This document shows, piece by piece, positions 38,528 to 49,509 of a stretch of 64,000 nucleotides of DNA. The notes beneath the pieces are model-generated. The model saw only the letters and a program-made list of their open reading frames with translations. It had not been told where the DNA came from and ran no database searches. Position 1 is the stretch's first letter. Each line of letters begins with the position of its first letter. This DNA comes from Lingula anatina. Taxonomy: Eukaryota > Animalia > Brachiopoda. Location: the NCBI GenBank assembly GCA_051362555.1, contig CM120641.1, positions 2,294,001 to 2,358,000 on the forward strand. The letters are read 5' to 3'. Both the position numbers and the translations under genes were made by a program.

Positions 38528-40088
38528 ATTGTTCCACCCTCAGTTTTATGTGCTTGTAATGTATTTATAGATGTTCGTATCACAAGACTTAATTCCTGTG
38601 AATGGTGATTTTCATTCCAGACACCATAACAAACGTGAATAATGGTATAGAAAACATAAACTAGAGGTGAAGTTGTCCACATTTATTCACATTTATGACA
38701 TGTACCACCTCAAGTTCGATGTTTCACTGCCATTTACACAGAGGTGAAGAAATGCCCTTTAAATTAAAAAGACCACCAAATGTCAAGAAATTTACACACA
38801 TTAAGCATTAGGGTGTGCTCGTTGAAGGCCACGTTTGTTAAGCCTTTCTTCTGGTCCTCAAATCATTTGTGGGGTATTGTCCCATGTTTTCTTAAAAGCT
38901 TGGCGGAATTGGTCCAACCTATTAGACGTTTGGTGGTCCTCTGGATTGCTAACTTCAATTCATGCCACGTGTGTTCAGAAGGTTTATTATCAGGAGTCAA
39001 AGATGGATTCTCCCGTCTCAAACCATTGTTTTTCCGCAACAAATCACTAACCGGACAAAAATGCAAAAAATGTAAATGTGCTGTCATGATGAAGCCTGGA
39101 TCATTCCTGAAGTCACTTCTTGTAGATGGAGAGAGGTATCAGTTGAGAATGTCAGGTTCGGTGACCCAGGACTACCAGAACTTGGTCAACCATCACTAGG
39201 AAAAAGTTGATTTTGGCGAAAAATCAAGGTATTTATGCCTTCGATGGTCAAATGAGGGCCCGTAGACATGTTGCAGAATGCTTTTTAGAAGGTGCATACA
39301 GGATAATATTGCCTGAAGTGTCAAGTTATTCCACGTTTGGAGAGCATTCGAAGCCCATGGTTTTAGTACATTGTTCTTTCCGGAACAGAACGTTATTGGA
39401 GGGGGGTTTTCACTGTAATATTCTCAACAAATGTCCCTCCAAAAGTGTCACTTGCAAAAGGTGATTTCATGAATACTGCAGGCGTCATCACGGAAATGCA
39501 CTTGCACAGTTCTAGTATCTTGAGTGATTTGTTGCAGAAACTCAGTGTTCTGAGGATTGAACAACCATCCTTAAGCCCTGTTATTAACTCTACTGACCAT
39601 CTTTCACATGAATTAGAGTGTGCAATGCAAAGAAGAACCAAACCCCTAATTATCTAGGCCAACCCCCCTCTTTTGGAACAATGGGACAATATCCCAAAAA
39701 ACCGGACCGTTACCCTTGTTGAAGGCAGGTCGCGCCGCCTACATAAGGTAATTACAGTACGCGGTAAACACAGAGTGACACGCTAATAGACGAATCATCT
39801 TTAAGAAGCACAATCTAATGCTTAATGTGTGTACATTTGTTGACATTTGGTGGTCAATTTTTAATTTTTTTTTAATGGACATTTCTTATCCTATGAAAAT
39901 CACAGTGCAACATCGGATATGCAGGGGTACCTGTACATGTACATATTGAGGGGGTACCTGTAATAAATGTGAAAATGTGAATGAGTGGTATAAAATATGA
40001 ATATCTATCTATTTTATATTTGCTGTACCACTAATTATGTTTGTTATGGTATCTGGAATGAAAATCACTACTTATAACAATTTGCACC
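38528..40088. mobile_element. Decayed palindromic element made of two Tc1/mariner 3' halves; the right arm continues at 52484-52536 beyond the Polinton
   Basis: About 38600-39110 is inverted relative to about 39465-40070. Both arms encode SPDLNPIEHLW-like remnants: LTPDNKPSEHTWHELK (minus) and LSPVINSTDHLSHELE (plus). Confidence 0.7.
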
Positions 40089-40625
40089 AGTAGTATAAGA
40101 AAAACCCGGACAGTTCTTAAAAAGGATTGGCCCTGAATGGCCCTCTAAATATATAGTTTTTTTCCAAAAATAAAGATAATATGTTTTTTTACTTCACTAA
40201 AAATGAGATGTTTATATTGGTTAGAATAGTTGTTGTATACACAAGTTGTTGAAAGGGAGGGGTTTGTTTTAGTTTTTCATTGGATGAACAAAAAAGACCC
40301 GCATTTGTACTTATTGATCTAAAAAAGAGAGGTGGCATTGTTTGCGGTTCAGTTGATGCGGCACATAGTAAACAAACAAGGATCGCTAACAGTCAGGTGA
40401 GACTATTGTAATGCACAAAGAGAGCAGTATGCAAGCCAAATACTTAGAGTATTGTGATAGTGTGTGGTTCGCAAACACTTAATAGATTAAAACCTCCCAT
40501 TTTATTGAAGTAAACTGTATTTGAACGATAGCATTGATTGAATGACACTATGAGCCAGGCAGTGTTATAGTAAAGCAGTATTGTTTGCTGGTCAAGCAGC
40601 TGTTGTAGTGGTTTATACGCACAGC
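40089..40625 (+). repeat. Polinton left TIR (outer ~210 bp near-identical to the right TIR, inner ~330 bp diverged)
   Basis: 40089-40298 is the reverse complement of 52268-52477 with few differences. About 40300-40625 aligns loosely with about 51940-52265. Confidence 0.9.
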
Positions 40626-40863
40626 CGCATTGAATATTATTTTGATTCATATGAAGCTTTCCCTTTATTTCTAAATGATCACCTTAGTTTGTACAACAAA
40701 TAAAACAGTATTGCACGTTGTAAGTGTACATAATCTGTTAAGCACAAGGTGTTTTGGTGACAAAATTCAAAGCATTTTTAACAGTATTTTTATGATTTAA
40801 AACAAAATATTTTTATAGTACGATTAATAGATCATGATAGGAACATAGCTGAATAATGTAAAA

Positions 40864-43800
40864 TTAAATGTCTAAAGGTGCAGTGGACACACCGTCTTCT
40901 AACACTTTACGTTTGCAATAGAAATAGGAGAAGGCGTCCCGCCTCTGCACGTAAGAATACATTGTGTTATTGAATAACCTGATGCCCCTGTTTATACCAC
41001 TACCACTCTTTCTGTTTAATAAGACGTCGAAATATTTTGTTTTATCTATAGTATTGCAAGTCCTATTTACACCCTTGCAGCTGAACTTGGATTTTGTCTC
41101 TTCTCCGTAACAGTAGTAAGTCTTACTGCAAAGACCAACGATACCGTCACCAATCCACTCGGCTTTGAACAATCCAGGCTTTCTTTTGTCAAAGGCCTCG
41201 TGCTCTGGCGTATCAGTGCGAGGAAACCAAAGATGTTTTTCTTTTTCATACTGCTCACGCATACCAGGTTTTACAACGTCTTCTAAGCTGTCCGCCGAAT
41301 CCGTGTCCATTTCACAATACTGGAAATCAGATGGATCCACAAACTTCAGCATGAAATCGTAATAAAACTCTAGCATGCGCAGCTTGGCATACTGATACAC
41401 CATGACCCCGATTTGAATGGGTAAGTCGTATTTGACGACTTTTTTGTTTAGTTCGATCTCGTATGTGCTTTCAGCAATTTGATCTAAACGCCGAAACCTG
41501 GGGTCGTTGATCTTTCTAGAGGCCTAAGCTTCACCGCAATATTGCACATCGCGGTGTTTGTCTTTATTGGTAACCGTTTTACCGTACCCAGAATTACCAA
41601 TGAGCTTCATGGTATCGGCAACGATGGTCTTTGTTTTGTCTTTGTCCCCCTCTCTACGAGCATCACTCACGGCATTTCCAAAATACTCGAAGCAGGCTTT
41701 AGGTGTGTACTCGACAACCTGATAGATTCGGGAGACACGAAGACCGTGGGTCAGATACCATTTAAGAAGGGGTGTGGCCAAAACGATTTTTTCTCCAAAG
41801 AAACTACAGATCAACGATTTTCTAGGGGTGCGCATGATATTATTTTCCTGGGCAAAATTTTCCATGTATGACCCAATGTCGTCTCGGGTAATCGTGGTGT
41901 TTTTGAAAATGGGAGGCATTTCGGCAAACATGGCTTTTAGTTCAGAGGGGACTTCTATATCACACTCAACGAACCCAAACAACTTATCATTTCGAACGGC
42001 GTCTAAAATATCGTCGAATTTGAGTTGATATTTGTTCTCAGTTGGGAGTGTGTATTGTTTTACAAATTCTTTTACTTTAACGTTGTCCCGTTGAAGTCTT
42101 TTCCATTCACACTCCCACATTTCAACCAGATTATACCTTTGTTCTCGAATGTATTCGCTATTTTTGTCTGTTTGGATTCGCAGTGAGGACATAGAAACCT
42201 TTTTGGTATCATTCATAACTTTATAGGTGCCATCTTTGTTTTGATTAAGGTGGCAACGGTGGCCGTGAAAATAACACCCGTGGTATTGATACACAGTCTT
42301 CGTTTTTCGACAAAATCCATCGACAGGTAGTCGGGGGAGGTAGCCTATGCGTTTTTCAGTGCCGTTGAACTGATGTCGGATGTTTACACCATCTGAATGG
42401 GCGATCCAGTCTAACCACATCGTGGCCTCTCTCCCACGTGGATGGGAATATTCACGTTTATACCCAGACACTTCGTGTCTACGTATGAACGTCCCCGTGG
42501 GCATAGGCTGCATCAAGCACCACAAGTAAAGAGCATTAGCATCGTAGCCAATGATTTTCTTACAGAGCTTTGGTGCATCTAGAGTGGCTTTTCTGATGAA
42601 GGTTTTATCCTTCTCGTGGTGACGATGGAATATAATACTGGGACCGCCCACGATGGCATTTTTCAGGAGGTAGTGGAGATCGCTGTTTTTGTCATCACAA
42701 AGAGTGAAATAAGCGTCTCCTACGTTTTGAAACAGGTACTTCAATGTCAAACCTGGTACACTAATACCATCTTTAAACATATCTATACCCCTCTCAAGGT
42801 AGAAGGCGAACATTTTAGTCACTGCTTCCAACATCGGCTCAACGTCTTTGTTGTTATACCAGGTGAGAAAGTCGCGCATTGTTTGCATGTGGTTTTCATG
42901 CCAAACGCGTTGACACAATGCATAATCCTCCTCACTTATGTCATTTTGTTTCAACTGTGAGAAAAATGCTTCGCGTGGAGGGAGACTTGCACACTCAAGT
43001 TTGTCTAGGGAGTCCATCCATTCATAAGGAAAGAACCCCTTGGATTCTTGGCACTCGAATGCCTTTAAAAATTGACTATAACTAAACCCTGGAGCTAAGA
43101 AATTTCTAATATCTAAGATTTTCAACCTATCCGACTTGAGCACCATGAAGTTATTGTTCCGCTTTACAACAAAGCGTATTTTTTCCGAATTTAACAAAAG
43201 CGGGAAAAACAACGTCTTTATGGCATTCAAGTCATAGTGTCCACTATTAAACCCTAAAACGGGTAACTCCTTTAAATAATTGCTAAATTTACCACTAAGT
43301 TTTGATAAATAATGTTTGTTTTTCAACTCGTTTTCATCCTCTCCCTCGTCCTCGCTGTTTTCATTTTCTGATCTCTTTTCCAAGTCTTTTTCTATTTTTT
43401 CATCTAGAGTTTCAAACACCCTAGTAAACTTTTGTCTTTGAATAGTTTCGGCTGCGCGGCTTATGTCTTGTAACGTATCAATGATCCGTTGCACAGCTAG
43501 CAATGGCTCACCATTGGAAATAATGCACTCAGGTTTGGTGTACCCGGGTACATTGCTACACACACTGACACTCAAAAACTGGTGTTCGTTTTCCAAGTGA
43601 AGTTTTTTTGCTGTGACCAGGCTGCTGATGTTTCGGCAACAGACACTCAATATCGAAGGTTGCCCTGTATGGGTAATATCTGTCTTTTTCGGGGACCACG
43701 ATGCCTTCATCTTCCAACTGTTCAAATATTGTCTGTTGGGGTGTGTAAGCTTTTCCAGGGAAGCGGTGCTCGACGATAGCTTCACATGTCCGTTCGTGAG

Positions 43801-45184
43801 CATGTAGGTTACCTTTGTGCTTGAACATTTTGTTGCATTTTGAGCAGCAAAAAGACTGAGTGTATTTCCCCATGTCACGTATGTACGAAAAGTGATTTTC
43901 ATACACATTAAGCGACATGGTTTCCTTGTTCGCACTCAGCGATCGACGCACAAGTTCAGCAAAAGTCGCACCGTCTTCTGTTTCCTGCAGCTCGTATACC
44001 GTTATGTTGACTTCGAACAGCTTTTCAACTCGCTCCAGTGGGTTGAGCGACACACCCTCAAATCCTTTTATCTTGCACCTGGTCTCAGCTCTGTATTTTT
44101 CAAAAAGGTGTTTAGTGGTTTTTTCTAGTTGAAATACAGGCCACCCCCTGTGCAAGGCTAAGCAGCGGAAAACGCACAAATTGTCTTTATAACAACCATT
44201 CTTATCTCCTTGCAGTGCGACCAAACCCTTGTTGTTGGAGATAAAGTTCGGTAGAAGGCCAGCGCTGCCGATCGGATGACCTACTAGCTTGGTCACGTAG
44301 AACGTAACGTTAGTGATCATCTCTACTATCCATCTGGAGTTGGGTCTCTCCTGCCGGGCGCACTCCAAAATATCCCTGACAGTAATACGCTCGAAAAAGC
44401 CGTCTAGATCGTCTTTGTTTTGGATCAAATACGGTTCTTCAAGGAAACAGTGATTGTTGCTGCTGGGGTGATAATACCGTATTTCCCGTGTCTCGCTGTT
44501 TCTTTAAAAAAATCCGTAAGACACATTCAGCTTAAAGACAGTCTTTTGGTCTTTAAACACGGCAGCTAACCCTTCTCGAAGATCGTCAGGGTTAATAGAA
44601 GTCAACCGAAAGTTGTACCAGTCTTGTAATTTGTTTCCCCTAGAGAATCGAGTGCGGATGCTACTCCAATGTTGCATGTAGGCGTCGCGTACAACAGGCT
44701 CAGTATCAGGAGGAAGAAGATCTTCAGGCATGCTGACTGGATCAGGGGAAAGGATATTCGCAGCGCCATACCCCATTTGTAGTTTTTTATGAACGATGCT
44801 GGATTGAGAATCTGCTTTTCTTTTGTTCGAGGGCCCTGGTTGCGGATGAGCTTCAGCCTGGTGGTTTAGCCGGCCCTGTGGGGTGGCAAATACTTCGGCA
44901 CACTCGGGGCATCTTAAGGTCGGTTGTTTTAGTCTGGTCGAGTGTAAGCGCATGTGACGAAGCATGTTGCTTCTGTTCCCAAATCCTTTTCCACAAGTAG
45001 GACATTTAATGGCATTTTCAGTGCTGTGGCTGATGCGATGCTGTTTAAGTTGATCGAGGCGACTGAATTTTGTCCCGCAGATATCACATTCGTGGGTTTT
45101 AAAACCGTGATCAACACCTTTATGGCGGATCAGATACTTCTTCAGGAGAAACGTTTTCTGGCATGTTTTGCATGTGTAGACCAT
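40864..45184 (-). pseudogene. Protein-primed family B DNA polymerase with N-terminal C2H2 zinc fingers, about 1440 codons, disrupted
   Basis: Four ORFs form one frame, broken by an in-frame TAA at 44504-44506, an extra base in the T7 run at 43603-43609 and an in-frame TAG at 41524-41526. Motifs: FDIEC (ExoI), GFNSGHYD, KGFFPYEW, YNNKDV, YDANALY, VDG..YQYHGCYFHGH, KLIGNSGYGK and DTDS (followed by an apparent short deletion). Confidence 0.92.
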
Positions 45185-45592
45185 GGTTGCTGCAATGAAT
45201 ATATAACTTGTTATACATACCAGATATAGAACTATGCACTCAAATATAATTGGCTAATGCAAAAATAAATGATCTATATATTGCAAGGAGCAATCCTATT
45301 GGTTGATTATGACATCATTCTAAAATTAGATTTATTTCTGAGGCATTTGATTGGTTGAAATGATATGATACTGCAATTTGATTAATTGATTATGACATAA
45401 TATCTAAAAATAGATGTGCTTGTGAACATTTGGTTGAAATAACATGTAACTGCAGAATGTCACTCATTCTAATGTTTTATGATTGATTGTAATAAGACGA
45501 TACTGATTGGTTGTTTAAAAACAGATATTTTCTGATTGGTTACTGAACAGAGTATTAAAACAAACGTTTTAGTTACATCAGACAGTTAAAGA
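45185..45592. promoter_or_regulatory. Candidate bidirectional promoter between pPolB and the BIR ORF, rich in CCAAT boxes
   Basis: ATTGG at about 45249, 45298, 45350, 45506 and 45536, plus the repeated motif ttgattatgacat. It lies between divergent start codons. Confidence 0.5.
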
Positions 45593-46087
45593 ATGGATGA
45601 CAGTGAAGTATTCACCGATTGTGCACCCGAAGACAAGCCCTTGTTTTTTGAAGTGCCTTATTGTAGGGAAAAAGATAGAGTTCTGAGTTTTCTAAATTGG
45701 CCTGGCAAATTATTAATCAATCCTATACCTTTAGCCATCAGTGGGTTTTACAGGGACCCAAATGCCCGAAATACAAACGACGCGGTCCTTTGTTTTAATT
45801 GTCGGGTCAGTCTTAGCAACTGGGACCCATTGAGGGATGCGGCTGACATTGAGCATGAACGCCACAGTCCACAGTGTACTATGAATACAGTAGAAAAAAG
45901 ATTGAAGAATCCACTAAATGTTTCACTGACGCCCGAAAATAGACACGAATTGGTACAGTTGTTTGTCGCACATGAAAAGAAACCAAACTACACACCCAGT
46001 ACAGTGAAAACACTTTTAAACATAGGCTTTGATGAAGTAGACGGAAACCCCGTAACACCATTTCAAAAAACATACACTCTATTTTAA
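45593..46087 (+). CDS. Single BIR-domain (IAP-like) protein carried by the Polinton
   Basis: RVLSFLNWP..LAISGFY..DAVLCFNCRVSLSNW..DIEHERHSPQC matches the BIR zinc-binding pattern C-x2-C..H-x6-C. It is an intronless 164-aa ORF. Confidence 0.85.
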   Translation: MDDSEVFTDCAPEDKPLFFEVPYCREKDRVLSFLNWPGKLLINPIPLAISGFYRDPNARNTNDAVLCFNCRVSLSNWDPLRDAADIEHERHSPQCTMNTVEKRLKNPLNVSLTPENRHELVQLFVAHEKKPNYTPSTVKTLLNIGFDEVDGNPVTPFQKTYTLF

Positions 46088-46144
46088 AAATGCAGTGTTC
46101 GAACAGGTGAGCTTCATTTACGCAAAACAGTTGAAATAGGAAGG

Positions 46145-46552
46145 ATGAAAAGAAGACACACTGATAAAAAGAACCGTAGAAGTAAGGGGCACGCGGGAGA
46201 AGACCCAGGAAAACTCTATCATAACCCTGCTAGTCTAGAAAACACGACAAAACTGAGCCATGATGCACGCAAAATTAAAAAGTTATTAGCCAAACGAGGT
46301 GCACAAACAAGGAAGCGATTTCAAGCTGACGATAAATGGCAAGTGGGTGATCACAACATGGCAAAATATAATTGCTTGTCAGCATTGCTTGATATATTTT
46401 CAACATACGCATGGGCCGTTGACATAATCGAAAAGAGCAGATCAATGAAAAGAGTGCACCCGAAGATAAATAGACCATTACCCCTCAATCAAATGCTGAG
46501 ACAGAATTTACAAATAGGAAATTTCAATCACACCCTAAACAGCAAGGGATAG
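46145..46552 (+). pseudogene. Degenerate Polinton retroviral-type integrase (N-terminal part)
   Basis: LYHNPAS, DDKWQVGDHNMAKYN and LLDIFSTYAWAV resemble Polinton integrase YYNP..WQADL.DM.KYN..IDVFSKYAWAV. The catalytic core is eroded or deleted. Confidence 0.7.
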
Positions 46553-47695
46553 CTTGAAGTCTGAAAGAAGTTGAGAACTAAAGGCCACGTTAGTGACTAA
46601 GCATTAACACTACGAATATGACCCAGGCTTCAACCAAGAAAACAAGTAATAAAAAGAGAATTCGAATTTAGTTTAATTCGAAAAACCGATAGGGTATTTA
46701 GTTTGTGTGACTACCAGAACTATATTTATATCGCAAAACCAAGTTTAAAAATGTATAAGTATCTGCAACTATTTAGTTCAACCCGAAAGGGTATTTATAG
46801 TTCGTGTGACCACCATAACTAATATCACAAAGTCGAGTTTTGAAAAAATATGCAATCAACACAATGTGTATCTTGCTTGGGCTCAAAGGTGTTTTGTGTA
46901 ACTGCATCGCTTCACCACCGTGTAAATAACACGTCGTACGGGTATGCCACATTACATTTTAAAGTGTTAAAACGGGTCTAAATATCAACAGAAATGTAAA
47001 ATGCAGTTTCGAAAGCATGAATAAATAAAATTGATCTAAAATTATATAATGAGTTTTGTAAAATATAAAAACTGATTGTGGTTTCAAATGTTTAATTTTG
47101 ACAACAAAACAAATGTAATATGATCTTAACAGATCAAAACATAAAAATCTCCATGGTAAAAAAACTTAAGCGAGCTACATTGTACATGAACAGAATTTTA
47201 AGTGTCCGAGGAAAAATATTTTTAAAAGGTTAAAGATTAACAGCAGAGTTGAAAATAAATCCTAACAATCGTTATGACCAGTAAGCATTCTTACATAAGT
47301 TGCTTATTTTATTTTAACTTATAACTGTTGTTGAAACAAAACTTACGTTTTATGTTTGAACGTTTTTTCATTTCAACTCTAATTTTAGTCCCCTTCTAAA
47401 TTATTAACTACGAACAATCTGAGGTATAAGTTTTTACTTAATTTTAAGTTTTTTTTAACGCTGTGCATGTTCAGGTTATAATTTATAATCAACTATTATT
47501 CCACACATTGCCTGGAAAAAATGCTAGTTATAGAAATTAAACATACATTGATTTTCTATTCCTTGCTATAATAAAAAAGAACCTACCTTGTATCAAAACT
47601 TAAATATTTATCGAATAATTGGTCCTTCCTCTACTGCCTGTGCGTCTTGTACTGTTCGCAGCTGTAGTATGCTGTATGGATAAGCCCTGTCCCAG

Positions 47696-49509
47696 ACCCC
47701 GGTGAAGTTGATTCCTGGTTCCTTATTCCTTATTCGGTTACTTATTCAAATGTGAAGTTGGTTACTTATTCCCGGTTCCTTATTCGGTTACTTATTCAAC
47801 TTTTTTATGTTTTTTTATGATTTTGATGCTAGAATACCTGTTTCATCATACTAGCACCCCCTCTTCATCTAGATGACACCCTAAAAGTGTTAAATATACC
47901 AATAAAAACACAAAATATAACCCATTCCTTATTCAAAAGTCCTGTTACTTATTCGGTTACTTATTCCTTATTCGGTTACTTATTCCTTATTCGGTTACTT
48001 ATTCAACTTTTTTATGTTTTTTTATGATTTTGATGCTAGAATACCTGTTTCATCATACTAGCACCCCCTCTTCATCTAGATGACACCCTAAAATTGTTAA
48101 ATATACCAATAAAAACACAAAATATAACCCATTCCTTATTCAAAAGTCCTGTTACTTATTCGGTTACTTATTCCTTATTCGGTTACTTATTCCTTATTCG
48201 GTTACTTATTCAACTTTTTTATGTTTTTTTATGATTTTGATGCTAAAATACCTGTTTCATCATACTAGCACCCCCTCTTCATCTAGATGACACCCTAAAA
48301 TTGTTAAATATACCAATAAAAACACAAAATATAACCCATTACTTATTCAAAAGTCCTGTTACTTTATTTTACTATTCTCGAGACAGAGAATTAATCATGA
48401 AACGTCATCCATTGCTAGGCTACTTTGTTCTTTTTGACAGATCATCGCCAGCTGTGTTTGTTTACATCTGGGGTCAAGGTCAGTCAGTAAAATTTTACAA
48501 TCAGGTATTGAATTGTCCGAATGCGGTGTGCCATATTATTGACCTCATACCGCTTGAGAGATATCATGATTAAAATGTTATTTGTGCAATGCCGTTAAGA
48601 TGGCATGCACGGGGAAGATTAGAGCCGAGAAAATCTACACCGTGCATATTTTCAATGTACGGGCGCCCTTTTGATTTCGCCCATAGGCGGCCATAATCAT
48701 CAACAGGTTTATACTACCTCTCCTTTCATAGTCACCTGCCATCAATTTCCGTTTTAATCAATAATTAAAACCGGTTTTATGTCTTCCCTTGATTAAATAC
48801 TGTTTATTTATCAATTTTACTATTGTAACATAGCCTTATTTGCAGTTTATACACTTAATTTCTCACACCCTTCTAATTCATCTACTGCTTGTATATTCTT
48901 GTCTCTTCAAAATACTGTTAATCAACCTGAAGTTGAATTACAAAGAATTTCCTAAATTCATCTCCTTTTGTCTTTTGGATTTTATTGTGGGTTTATAGTT
49001 AGTCATGTGGGTGGGGAATCCCCTTTCAAAGCGAGGTTTGGGCTCTGGCGTCATAGTAAAAATGGGCATCATTGGATTTATATAGTTAGTCTTTAAGTGC
49101 TTTTTTGATCTCATATTTTATGGATTTAAATGGGAATCATGTCATAGTGTACCAATCAGCAGGCAGCAAGTCCACGGATGATCATTGTCACAATGACGTC
49201 AGAGCCTAAGCTCCTTGGAAAAAAGTAACCGAATAAGGAATAAGTAACCGAATAAGTAACAGGACTTTTGAATAAGGAATGGGTTATATTTTGTGTTTTT
49301 ATTGGTATATTTAACAATTTTAGGGTGTCATCTAGATGAAGAGGGGGTGCTAGTATGATGAAACAGGTATTCTAGCATCAAAATCATAAAAAAAACATAA
49401 AAAAGTTGAATAAGTAACCGAATAAGGAACCGGGAATAAGTAACCAACTTCACATTTGAATAAGTAACCGAATAAGGAATAAGGAACCAGGAATCAACTT
49501 CACAGGGGT
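47696..49509. mobile_element. Foldback/MULE-like non-autonomous element nested in the Polinton
   Basis: TIRs of about 290 bp (47696-~47990 and ~49224-49509) built from ttattcggttac/ttattcc subrepeats. A 207-bp unit recurs at 47794, 48001 and 48208. Flanked by CTGTCCCAG (47687-47695 and 49510-49518). Confidence 0.85.

Noticed and set aside
43600-43612. Programmed frameshift in pPolB at the homopolymer run
   Set aside because: The gene also has two premature stops and a deletion near DTDS. Decay or a homopolymer sequencing error is simpler; the same applies to the LINE A7 shift at about 2710.
47760-48365. CRISPR-like appearance of the short ttattcggttac repeats
   Set aside because: The spacers are not unique, there are no cas genes and the context is eukaryotic. 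These are TIR subrepeats.
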